Shown one piece after another: positions 16,196 to 30,939 of a stretch of 64,000 bases of DNA. The DNA is taken from the NCBI RefSeq assembly GCF_009914755.1, contig NC_060941.1. The stretch is one strand, 5' to 3'. Origin of the DNA: the human T2T-CHM13v2.0 reference genome, Homo sapiens. Position 1 is the stretch's first letter. Each line of letters begins with the position of its first letter. The notes under the pieces were generated by a model that made no database searches, was not told the origin of the DNA, and saw only the letters and a program-made list of their open reading frames with translations. The translations under genes and the position numbers were made by a program.

Positions 16196-19100
16196 TAGGA
16201 GAGAAAGGAGTCTTTCCGGTTTCTGCCTTCCCCCATGGTGCCTGCAGGCGTAGAAACTAGGCAAACACCTGGTGTTTAAAGCTGTCTAGATAGTAACAGA
16301 ATCATTTGTATACTATGAAAGTGCTAAGGAGAATCTGGCAACTATGTATCTTCTGGAAAAGGCACTGATTCCAGGACACTCAATTATGTCTTAGGAGCTT
16401 GATTTTGGAGTTAAATGAGAAGAATACAGCATGAATCACGGATTTCCCTTTATAGCCGCCTATTTTATTTAAACAAAAAATGCTAAACATTAATTTTAGT
16501 TGTACTTAATTGAATAATTTCTCAGGGGAATCGTTCAGGGAGAGTTTAAAACTGCCTGTTTCCAAAAGCCATTACAAATTGGCATATACTATTATGTCAC
16601 TGTGCCAACCAAAACAGCACACTTTAATGTCCCTGAGGCCGCCTTCGCTCCAGATGTGTTCAGAACTCCTAGTAATGTAATGCAGGCAAAAACCATATTT
16701 ACATGAAGTCGTGTTTTGAATATCCTTTTCCAATTATCTGGAATGAGATAATAGATCCCTAATTGGAAGCACTGGGGGGAAAAAAAGCCAGGTCAGTGGT
16801 TCCTCCCTTGTGAATGCTTTTATTAGTGAAAACTAAAACAGTCTGTACAAAAGTAAGAGAAATCTCCTTTGCCACAGTTAATCATCGGAACATCTATAAA
16901 CTTAGAAACTGCCCTATGGTCACCTCTAATTAGCCAGCTGATTTTTAAAAGATTGATCTTGTCTTTTCCTATGAATCGTAAGTACGAAAGGATTGGGGGT
17001 GGGGGAGGGAGAAATGGAATGCAAGGGCAAGAAATCCAAAAACTGCTTTGGCAAGAGAACAGACAAATGCGATGGCTGTACAGCTGTTGCTCCCTCCACC
17101 TTCATCCCACCCAAATATCTTCCACTCTGTTTCATGCTTGCATGCATGGCATGGATTCTGAATTTCTCTTTTATTCCTGACTAATGATGGTCATAACATC
17201 ACTACCAGATAAGTCATCATTGCTTATGATTGAGTTAATTTCTATTTCAAATTATATCTGCTGATAAAGAATCATCTGTTTATTCTCAAAGCATGTATAA
17301 GTAAAAATTAAATAGCAAATTTTACACTTTTTGCTAAAATTGTACGTTTCCTTCCTTAACATTCATTATCTAATAGAGCTTAAATTTAAGTCAAATAAGT
17401 GTTTTTGTACAAATCGGCATTTCTCTTCCATTACAGTGGAGACTGGCTCCCACACGTCATAAAACGCGGTAACGTGCCATGCAATCAGGCACGCTCAGTT
17501 ACTGGAGTTGTCTATCTTCACAGATGTCACAGAGAAGCCATCTGAAAAGCTACGCATAGTGCAGCTGTTCTTGGCTGTTAGCAAGATAAACTTGGAAACC
17601 TTGATCTTTAAAATGTTCAAAATCGGAATGGGTTTTCCAAATATAAATTAATTACCAAATTCCATGTGTTGACAAGCAAACACTCTAATGTTTACGTTTC
17701 AACTTGACAAAAGAAATGTAAGCATATTATCCATAAACTTCTAAAAGAAACAAACTCCATGTATTAACTTCATTACATTTTTTTCCTAAAATGTTTAAAA
17801 ACATTATCACGAAATGTAACATACGAAGAGAAAAGCAAAACTTATGTGTACAGTTTAACAAATGATTACAAAGCAAAACCACGTAGTCTCAAAAAATCTC
17901 AACTCATTTACTCAATGGGCAATCAACAAACATTTACAATACACCAGGCACTGTGTTAGGTGCTAATTTGAACACTTAGGAAGTATTACTTGTTAGCATT
18001 ATTTGCTCAAATAACAACCACTGCAAAGTCCATAATTCTTACCTACCTGTGTTTCAAGGCAAACAAATATATACTTTATCATGTGGACAAGGAGCATTTT
18101 CCTCCAATAAATCTACCCTAGAGGTTTGTACTCTTGGGATACTTAACAATATATCACTTCTGAAAGGACCACAAGAAAGTGCTTGGTGGTCAGTAACACC
18201 CAGATGTGAACTTTTCTCTCTGACCTATACTAGCAGTGAATGATGTTCTCAATGTCTCTCTGATTAACCCTTGAATTCAGGCCTCTTCCTCCAGAACAAA
18301 GGCTTCCCCACTTGGGAGCTGCTTAGAACTTTCCCAAGCACCTTGCAAAGTGTCTTATTTTTCATACTGTGCTTAGATCTGAAAAAAGCCTTTGTTGTAG
18401 CATGAAGACTCTAAAATCCCTGGCTATAAAACGAATGTTCTCAACACCAGGAAAAACACAGTCCATAGCTTTGCTTTAAGAGAAATTGTTTTGCCTAATT
18501 AATCACAAAGTTTTCAAGTAAACTTGGTTTGTAAAATTCTCAAAAGCAGTTCAGCTGTTTCCAAATTGCACATCGGAAAATTCCTATGTTACATAGTCCG
18601 GGATAATCAATGTTAAAACAATATACATAACAGGATCGTTTCCTCACTAGGTTCCATTTCTGTCAGGAAGGGAGGGAGAATTTTAAGCCAAAATCGTAAT
18701 TCAAGCCAATAATCTGCAAACTTGGGTGTACAAGATGATTCACTGGAATGTGGAAAGAAAATACTAAAATTTCCATTAATATGCTGCATTTACTTCTTAA
18801 TCTCTCAGCCTTTTTAGAAGCAACCTAATATATAGAACAGTAGTATATATAATTTTTCAGATACAATTATAAAAATATTCGAGAGGGTTGCTCATAATTC
18901 CTACTAATGGGATGCATGATCTAAAAATGTTGGAAGTCACTGTACTAAAAGTGGTATAGACAAGCTATAAAAGAATACAAGTACATGGAACTCAAAAGTC
19001 TCAAAAGTTAAATATCTTTGTCATTATTCAATTAAATATTAAAGTCCTAGTAGTAAAAAGTGAGTATTCAGTCAACTTGAGTTGACGGAGGATTAAAAAA

Positions 19101-19255
19101 TACACAAATACATAGTCCAAGGAACACAGTGGTAAGATGTTAATATTAGGGAAACTAGGGTGAGGGAAATAAGAAAGCTCTTTGCATTATTTTTGCAACT
19201 TTTCTATAAATCTAAAATTGGTTCAAAATCAACACTTAAAGTGACTTGTAACTAA

Positions 19256-19564
<309 letters not shown>

Positions 19565-20855
19565 TCACAGGAGCAAATTTTGAAAATTATTTTAAATAAA
19601 GCAGAGTGGAAGTTACCCTAAAATGGAAGTTACTCATGTGCATTCCCCCACACCCAGGCTCTCCATCCTATGCCATAGATCACCATAACTGATGTGCCCT
19701 CGACATTATCTCAGAGCCCTCATTCCCTTCAGCATTTAAGAGTTTCTGTCAAAATACATATTTGTTCACAGAGTGCTCTCTGCATGTAAATATAATTCGT
19801 CTTTAGAGTTCTGATAGAAGATGATAAAAATAGGTTGAGAACTGCTGAACTATAGATTGAGGGGTGTAGAGGAAGTAGAGAAAGGACGTAATCAAAGAAA
19901 AAAATCATGAGAATTTCCGAACATGATTAGATGTTTGCTTTAGGAAGAAAAGTTGCAATAGGACAAAGGGTGCCTATTTAATAGTAACTGGACACTATGT
20001 GTTAGGCATTGGGCTAAGTCCTAGATGTATAAGAATGACTGACTGATGGAGATACAACCCTGACCCTCAAGAAGCTTACTAGAGAAAAAAATACCAGAAA
20101 GGAGGCTGTGCAATAGCACTGAGATGTAACAGGGAGCTGAACTAGGCCAGTGGTGGAAGACCGGCCAGGAGCAACACCAGGGAGCAGAACTCACCCAATC
20201 TGTTATGAGTAGGAAATTATTTGCTCACAGGCAGACTGACCAGGGCTAAGTGGGTCTTTTCACTGGAGACAGAGAGAATGGCAGTTCAACACCCCTACTC
20301 TGTTATTGCACATCAACTGGCAAGCACTGCCCAAAGGTAAAATGTGGACAGAGAGGCCAACAACCTAGGCTGGTAGCTGGGGGACATGGAGCTGTGATTC
20401 TTGGGAATTCTTAGGAACACAGCTGTGAACGTAAAGGAGACCTGTTTCTCAAGACTTGTAGGTTATTTACATTTGTGCACCCAGAAAAGGGCTTCCTGAG
20501 CATCAGATTGTAATTGCACAGATAGGAGCTAAGGGTTTTCAATGGTAGCCTTTATCTCTCCATTGTTTTTCCCCCTAGTCATATCTACCTCAGATCTAAA
20601 GAAACAAGCTTCAATCCTTGAGAAACTACTGCCAAGCTTCCAGTGTTTCCACTACCCCAACACTATGTATATCCACAGAATAAATAGGTGAATACAAAGA
20701 AGCCAGAGAACAAGGGCTTCTGAGTGAAAGTGGGGCCAAGTGTAACTGTGAGAAGCTGACTGCCAACACAGATGGAGGGCTGTGCTCGTGTATACCTCAA
20801 CGGAAAAAAACTTGCAGGGACAGCCACAAATATATGTACGTATGTAAGTATGTAT

Positions 20856-21476
20856 GCATCTATCGATCCATCCATCGATCCATCCATCCATCCGTCCATC
20901 TAACCGTCCATCCACCCATCCGCCCACCCACCTATCCACTCAACCATCCACCTATCTATCCAACAAATCATCCATCCACCCACCTACCCATCTGTCCATC
21001 CATCCATCCATCCATCCAACCATCTATCTGCCCGTCCGTCTGTCCATCCATCCATCCACCCATCTGTCCATCCACCCACCCGCCCAACCCACCTATCAAC
21101 TCAACCATCCACCCATCTATCCAGCCAATCATCCATCCACCCACCTACCCATTTGTCCGTCTGTCCGTCCGTCCATCCATCCATCCATCCGTCTATCCAC
21201 CCATCTGTCCATCTACCCACCCACCCACCCACCTGTCTATCTAGCTAATCATCCATCCACCCACATACCCATCTGTCCATCCATCAATCCATCCATCCAT
21301 CCATCCGTCCATCTGTCCACCCACCCACCCACCCACCCACCTATCCACTCAACCATCCACCCATCTATCCAGCCAATCATCTATCCACCCACCTACCCAT
21401 CTGTCCATCCATCCATCCATCCATCCATCCATCCATCCATCCATCCAACCATCCATCCATCCATCCATCCATCCAT
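20856..21476. repeat. Compound (TCCA)n/(CCCA)n tandem array with higher-order units
   Basis: About 620 bp of CATC/CACC tetramers; marker aatcatc recurs at 20966, 21127, 21247 and 21375. Confidence 0.95.
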
Positions 21477-21608
21477 GAAAGCAAATGCCAGCATCCAAGA
21501 GGTGGCGAAAATCCAGCACAGACTCCTGAGTGAAGGTAAGTGGTAGCTACAGAATTTCCCTAAGAAAGGCACAGAGCATCAGTCAAATTGGAGGGAAAGG
21601 GCTGGAAC

Positions 21609-21872
21609 ACTGCTTCTCAAACTCTCTGTGGTGCAGAACTTTTTTTTTTTCATTTTCAATGTGTCACAGACAAAAGCTTTTGCAAAATACAACAAAAATG
21701 ATTTACTAGGAAAATTAAATTTTTAAGCCCATTAACAGTATAACTGGATGTCATGGCAACACCAAATGTTATAAAAGTCTGAATTCTTATTCTCAATGTC
21801 ATACTTACCTCATTGCAAACTGGTAACAAACAGCTCAAGGACAGGCACTTGTCTCATAACCATGCTTTGGGC
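21609..21872. mobile_element. hAT-Charlie (Charlie4-like) relic
   Basis: ctgcttctcaaactctctgtggtg start; ggtaacaaacag...accatgctttg end. Confidence 0.55.
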
Positions 21873-22095
21873 TAGGGGACTTGTGTGAAGTCGAGTTGAC
21901 AGAGTAAACTGTCTGAGGTACTCAGTGAGAACTAAAGCTGACACCCAGGTGTCACAGGGTGAGACCGCTCTACCCAGGGTCAACCACAAGAACCAGTCAG
22001 GCACAAATCTGTTTGTGTCTGTTTTGGGTCTTCTTTCTCACCCAGTCACAAAACACAGCTTTTGATACTTGCTTTGTTTGGAAACTGATACCTGA

Positions 22096-22411
<316 letters not shown>

Positions 22412-22727
22412 TGAGTTCTGCATTCCACCCCATCCCACAGCCTGAGGAAGGACAATAGGCCTCAACACACAGTTGTAACAAGGTTGGTGGACAACAGCCT
22501 CTTTTTCTACCATCTTCAAACCTCTTTTCCTTTCTCCAGGCACCTTTCCTTCTGCCTTTAAACACATCAGCCTGGGGTCCTCTCCTTGTGTCATAAACTA
22601 ATTATAAAATGAAACCTCAAGATCCTTCACTTGATGTTGACGCCCTCCCTAGTTTTCTCCTGTGTTAGTTTGCACCTTTCTTTCATTAACAAGTTCCTGG
22701 TATCTGTAGCCTCAAATAAGGTCCTAG

Positions 22728-23102
<375 letters not shown>

Positions 23103-23544
23103 GCAATGGCTTTTCTTCTGTATCATCTTATCCAGCTTCTTCATGGCTTTTGAAATAGGCTGTTCACCCAGCCTTTGAAACTCTCATCTACAAATCCCAA
23201 AATAACATACTAACCCATTTCCAGCTTCTATGCTGGCATCCCTTCTTCTTTTGGAGTTTTCTCACGTCTTTGCCCTGGCTGCTCTTGCTTGTAACAGTAA
23301 TGAGTTCTCCTGGATTTATTTACAACTTTATAATGAACCCCACTTGGGCCACTCCAGGCAGTCATTTCCCTTGAGTTCTCATTCCCTATCTCCAAGTGTC
23401 TCCAGAGCTGTGCTGACGTGAAGGTTTCCTGTTACCTTACACCTGCTTCTCAGCCCTGGTTGCACATTAAAAGCATGTGGGTTATTTTAAGTCATACCTT
23501 ACCTAGGCTTCATTCTCAGAGATCCCAACTTAATTGGACTAGGG

Positions 23545-24595
23545 TGAAACTGCCTTGCAAAGATGATGACATCGAGAGAAATGTAGCATGGCTGACTCCA
23601 TCCTGCTTCTAGCCTCTCAGGCTGGCTGTCCTTTGCTCAGTCCTGGACACAGGCCAAATTAACTATGGGAGGAATTTAGTTTGTAGTTTAATTTTTTTTT
23701 TTTTAAGATGGAGTCTCGCTCTGTTGCCCAGGCTGGAGTACAGTAGCACGATCTCAGTTCACTGAAACGTCCACCTCCCAGGTTCAAGCAATTCTCTGCC
23801 TCGGCCTCCCGAGTAGCTGGGATTACAGGCACATGCCACCACGCCCGGCTAATTTTTGTATTTTTAGTAGAGACGGGATTTCGCCATCTTGGCCAGGCTG
23901 GCCTTGAACTCCTGACCTCGTGATCTGCCCACCTTGGCCTCCCAAAGTGCTGGGATTACAGATGTGAGCCACCACGCCCGGCCTGCAGTTTAATTTTTAA
24001 GCCAGGATAATAGTTATTCCCTAAAACAAACCCCCTCCTTGCTCAGGGACTGAAACCACCTTTGAAAAAAAACTAATGAAATCCCATGAGATTAGGATTA
24101 TGCAAGGGGCTTGAATTCTGCTAAAATGTACACAGTTAGAGGATAACCAGCCAGTGTTTTGGAGGTCACAAGATTTCTAACTACCCCAATTGTTCCTATA
24201 GATAACATCATTATTGTAGAAGTCAAGATTGATCTTTTGAGATGTTTTTTCAGATTTTTCCATTCTGGCAACCAACTGCCTTGACCCAGACCTGTGACTC
24301 ATGACTCAGCGGGTCCTGTGGCCCCCTACCCAGAGGCTGACTCAGTGCACACAGACTGTTTTCCACACCCCTATGGGTTCCTCTCCAGCCAATCAGCAGC
24401 ACCCATTACTTAGGCCCCTGCCCACCAAACTATCCTTGAAAAACCAAGCTTTCTGGGAAGCTGATTTGAGTAATCAACTTCTGTCCTTCTGCTTGGTTAG
24501 CTCTGCATTAAACTCTTTCTCTACTGCAATAACGCTGTCTCAGTGAATTGGTTTTGTCTGTGTAGTGGGCAAAAAGAACACGTTAGATGATTACA
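23545..24595 (+). mobile_element. LTR8A/LTR8B-like (ERV1) solo LTR containing an Alu, inserted in a MER5-like relic
   Basis: Starts tgaaactgccttgcaaagat, ends ttaca; internal gactccatc, ctatgggaggaatttagttt and ccaatcagc segments typical of LTR8. Confidence 0.8.
23692..23983 (-). mobile_element. Alu within LTR8
   Basis: Alu consensus; TSD agtttaatttt. Confidence 0.95.
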
Positions 24596-24664
24596 GAGTT
24601 AGGGCCAAAGCTTTAGTATATTTTTTTCCTTTAATGCTAAGCCTATAAAACCATTGCCAAGGAA

Positions 24665-25690
24665 CGATTTTTCTCAAAGTTAGATGCACCCTGGAATCAC
24701 CTAGAGGAGCTTTAAAATTACAGATGCCCGTTTCCTACTCCCAGAAATTCTGATTTAGTTAGTTGGGGTATAATAAAAAATCTATTTGTCTTTGTCCCCA
24801 GTTCCTGGCACAAAGCTCCTAAAACTCTTGTGATTTCCTTACTAATAGGAGTGTCTTTTGTTATTCATAAAAAACCCCTTGTTAAGCCCCTAGCATAAAC
24901 ATATCTGAGTTTATGCTAATGAGGTGACCCTCAGTGGGGCCCTAGATAGCTTCAGGATGGGGACTGGTCTCCAGAAGGAACCAACCATGTGATTACAGAG
25001 TTGGAACTCTTAGCCCCCAAACCCAACCTCTGAGGTGGTGAGACAAACTGGAGACTGATGTCAATCACAAATGGCCAACGATGTAATCAATCATGCCTAT
25101 GTAATGGAACCTCCACGAACACCCCTAAATGATGGGACTCAGAGAGCTTCTGAGTAGGCAAATGCATCCCTGTGCCAGAAGGGGGTTGCATGCTGACTCC
25201 ACGGGGACAGGAGCTCCTGTGCTGGGGACACTTCTGGACCTTGCCCTAAGTGCCTCTTCATCAGGCTGTTCCTTGCATCCCTGGTAACAAAATAGTACAG
25301 CATTTTCCTGAGCTCAGTGAGTTGTTCTAGCAAATCATCAAACTTGGTAGAAGATTGTGGGAACCTCCAGTTTGTAGCCACGTTGGACAGAAGTGTGGGT
25401 AAACTGGAGACCCAGTGCTTGCAGCTGGTATCTGAAGTAAGGGCAGCCTTGTGAGACGGAGCCCTTCAAACTGTGGAGTCTGATGCTAATTAGAGCCAGA
25501 ATTGAACCAGACTGTAGCACAGCCAAGTGGTGGCAAGGAATCAGAGACGTGGTATTGGAAAAGTCCCCATATATTTGTTGTCAGGAGGGAAAAACCTCTG
25601 ATTGGTATAGGGTGCAGCCCAGACATCAGGCATCAGGATTTTAAAACTCTCAAGGTGATTCTAATAGGCAGTGAAAGTCGAAAACTAACA
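24665..25690. mobile_element. MER5A-like element split by MER21
   Basis: ttctcaaag...gaatcacct...aattctgattta on the left; ggtgattctaat on the right. Confidence 0.6.
24764..25601 (+). mobile_element. MER21C-like (ERVL) LTR
   Basis: gttcctggcacaaagctcctaaaac, gagtttatgctaatgaggtgac and atcatgcctatgtaatggaacctcc segments. Confidence 0.75.
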
Positions 25691-25863
25691 GTAAGTGTGG
25701 GATACATCCCCATTAGGAGATGGTTCTAACAACATGCCAGCAGAGACAATCTAAGAGGATTTATTCAAGAAATTAAAGGCAAAGGACTTTCTCCTCAGAG
25801 AATGCCCTTTTACCATGTTCTTTCCGTTTTTCTAAAAAAAAAAAAAAACAAAAAAAAAAACAA

Positions 25864-26542
<679 letters not shown>

Positions 26543-26559
26543 TCGTTATTTTATTTAAA

Positions 26560-26686
26560 AAATTTTTCTTAGACACAGGGTCTCACTATGTTGAGATCGC
26601 CCAAGGTGATCTCAAACTCCTGGCCTCAAGTGATCCTCCCACCTCAGCCTCCCAAGTAAGCTGGGACTGTATAGGCATAAGCCACC
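26560..26686 (-). mobile_element. Alu monomer (FLAM-like) fragment
   Basis: Single arm. Confidence 0.75.
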
Positions 26687-27499
26687 ATTAATTGCTTTGA
26701 TTTAGAATTAATGGTTTTTAATTTACCTTATAAGAGGCCAATTAAAATCAATCACCTTTTTAACAAGGTGTGTTTTGGGGAGTGGACTACAGATCCCAGA
26801 AAATACATGGAACCAGTTGGATCATTCACAAGAGAAGGGTGGAAGTTGAATTTCAACAGCAAAAAGGACAACAAATGGGAGGTAGATATTAAGTATCGAG
26901 AATGCTCTATCTGGGAATTCCAACAGCTTCTTACATTGCATGGTGAAAACCTTTCTGTTAGCAGAGTTGGTCACTGGGTCCATGAACGGTCACGGCCTCA
27001 GGATGAGGCCCCAAACTTAACCTCCACTGAGAAGACTGTGTTTCCTGAGCCCATAGAGCTCTATTTTGCTCTTATGGACCTGAATTTTACTTAAAACAAA
27101 CAAAACAGGTGGTGAGAAGAGTGAGCAGAAATACATATCCAGTCTAACTGCAGAATCCCATAAGATTCACGGAAACTTCAGAGGAAATAGGAAATTATCT
27201 GTGTAGAAACCTTTTCTTTTGGCATAGGCTAACTTTTCAGTAATTGTGTAAAAGTTACCCTCATTGTTCATTTGACTAAACTACTGTGGTTTATTGTGCA
27301 GTGGCGTTAAACTATCAAGAATCAATCTGCTGAACCCACTTAAACCCATTCTGTAATATTAGTGTTGGGCTGTTTAGATGAATTAGTCACACATCTCACA
27401 GTCTCTCTTACAACATTCTTGGTGAAAAATTAGAAAAGCATGAGCTCAATGTGTATTCTTAGATGGGTAACCCCATGGCACAGGGACCGCACTCAGGAA

Positions 27500-28140
27500 A
27501 TATTCGTTGACTGAAGGAGTCCTGAGAACTCATCAATCATATTCAACATCGGCCGCCAGGGACTCAGAAATCCTTGCCCACAGCAGCGGCCCTGAACCTC
27601 TGCAGTTCTCTTAAGCCCGTGGCTCCACAGCCACCTCCCTTTTTCTCAGCAGGTGTTCTCATCAATTATTTCCTAAAGGGCACGACTCCGCCAAGTTAGC
27701 TCTCTTCCTTCGACCAGTAACCTTACCTATAGGTGCCTATCAGTTCCATTCTAAATGTCCCCTCTCCTTCTCCAGGGAGGACCCTCGCCTATCTGCTGCC
27801 ACCGTGGCCCGCCCACAGCACTTTCCCGCATCTTCACCTTCTCGGTTCTGGCCTGTTTCTCAGTCCATAGACATGCTCCAACCCCTCCCTTCTATTAAAC
27901 CAGCCTTCATGCTCATGCTTACTAAGCTTCCTTCTTCCTTTCAACACCAACCTTCTTGAGAGGTTAAGTCTACAATTCTGCCCCCACAACTTGAATCCTC
28001 ATACACTCACAACCCACTACAACTGAGCTTGAGGCGCGATTATTACGGGGACAGTGTTCCTGCCGAGGTCATCAGTGACTTACTGGAAAATTCCAATGGC
28101 TTATTTTCAGTCTTCCGTCTATTGATGAGAGTTTGCACTC
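27500..28140 (+). mobile_element. L2 fragment
   Basis: Pyrimidine-rich; aggtcatcagtgactt...tccaatggcttattttcagtc resembles L2 ORF2. Confidence 0.55.
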
Positions 28141-28427
28141 TCGTTTTATCCAACCAGAAGAGAGTCTCTCAACTTAGAATTGTGGACGGTCATTTTCATA
28201 GGCAACATTTACGTGCATGTGCCTTTAAGTACATTAGGGGGTGGAAATGGAGATGAGTCCCATTGTTCCACCAGTTTCTCAGCGGGCTCTCTGACCTCCC
28301 TTGAAATGAAGAAACGCAACTGGACTATTGCAATAACCTCCAAATTCGTTTCCCCAACTTGAGTCCTTGGATCTCAATCCTATACCTATCCCTAATCTAA
28401 CCTTTGCATTACTATAGAATTTTTTTT

Positions 28428-28796
<369 letters not shown>

Positions 28797-29074
28797 TTAT
28801 AATACAATGTAGCAGAATACAGCCATGCTTATGCCTTTACATGGTGACCCTGGCTGCTTTATCCTTTCCCCTGCTCCTGGGAGTGAACTAGGTGTTCTTT
28901 TATTGAGGTGAAATTCAGATAACATAAAATTGGCCAATTTAAACTGAACAAGTCAGTGGCATTTAGTACATCTGCAACACTGAACAATCACCACCCCTAT
29001 CTAGTTTCAAACTCTTCTTTCCTCACTCCAAAAGGAAACCCATACCACTTAAGCAGCTGCTCCCCATGGCCGCA

Positions 29075-29771
<697 letters not shown>

Positions 29772-30613
29772 CCCCTCTCCCTAGTTCCTGGCATCACCAA
29801 TCTGAATTACGGCTCCATGGATTCGTCTGTTCTAGATATTTCATAAAAATGGAATCATACAATATGTGGCCTTTTGTGTCCGGCTTCTTTCACTTGGCAG
29901 GATGTTTTCAAGGTTCATCCGTGTTGTTCCATGTGTCAGTATTCATTCCTATTTATGGCTGAATAACATTCCATTGTATGGATATGCCACATTCTGTTTC
30001 TGCAGCAATGGCTGCTTTTGCACTGTAACTGCAATGGTGAATAGCTGCAACACAGATCACACGGCCTGGCCCACAAAGCTTACTATCTGGCCCTTTGGTG
30101 ACAAGGTTCGCTGACCCCTAGTTTATACCATCTACCTTCAGAAGTGGCGATTTTCCAAATCAGCTTGTATTAATGATCACTGAAGCGCTGTTTAGGGAAG
30201 AAAAATGCTGGACATAAATGTCTGTCATTAGAGGACTGGTTAAATTACAGCAAACACATACTACGTAATACCATGCAGCTCCTCAGAAGAATCAGGTAAA
30301 TCTGTACGTGGTGATAAAGAAGCATCTCTGGGATTAATTAGGCTAAAAAAGCAAAAGCATGCAATGCATGTAGTATATATTCCTTTCCCCTTAAAAAATA
30401 ACCCATAAATAAGTGCATATATACATATCTGGGTAACACTTTCCCCAGAATCAAAAGAAACGTTCACTTTTCATTTTGTACCTTTCTGCACTATCTGTAA
30501 TTCCTAACCTTAAATATGCATTTCCTTATTAGCACTGTCAATAAGTGTTAGCTAAATGAGGAAACTATGGTCTGTTTTCTTCTTAATAAGTCTGTTTTTA
30601 GAAGTAATAATGA

Positions 30614-30939
<326 letters not shown>

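Noticed and set aside
18037-18160. Minus-strand acceptor/donor pair (ctttcag ... cag|gtaggtaag)
   Set aside because: Frames checked contain early stops; no supporting evidence
20652-21546. 230-aa and 136-aa His/Pro/Ser/Ile-rich ORFs and their antisense MDGW ORFs
   Set aside because: Stop-free frames of the (TCCA)n array
21800-21815. Perfect minus-strand donor GAG|GTAAGT
   Set aside because: Lies within a Charlie-like relic, and no convincing acceptor or coding exon upstream
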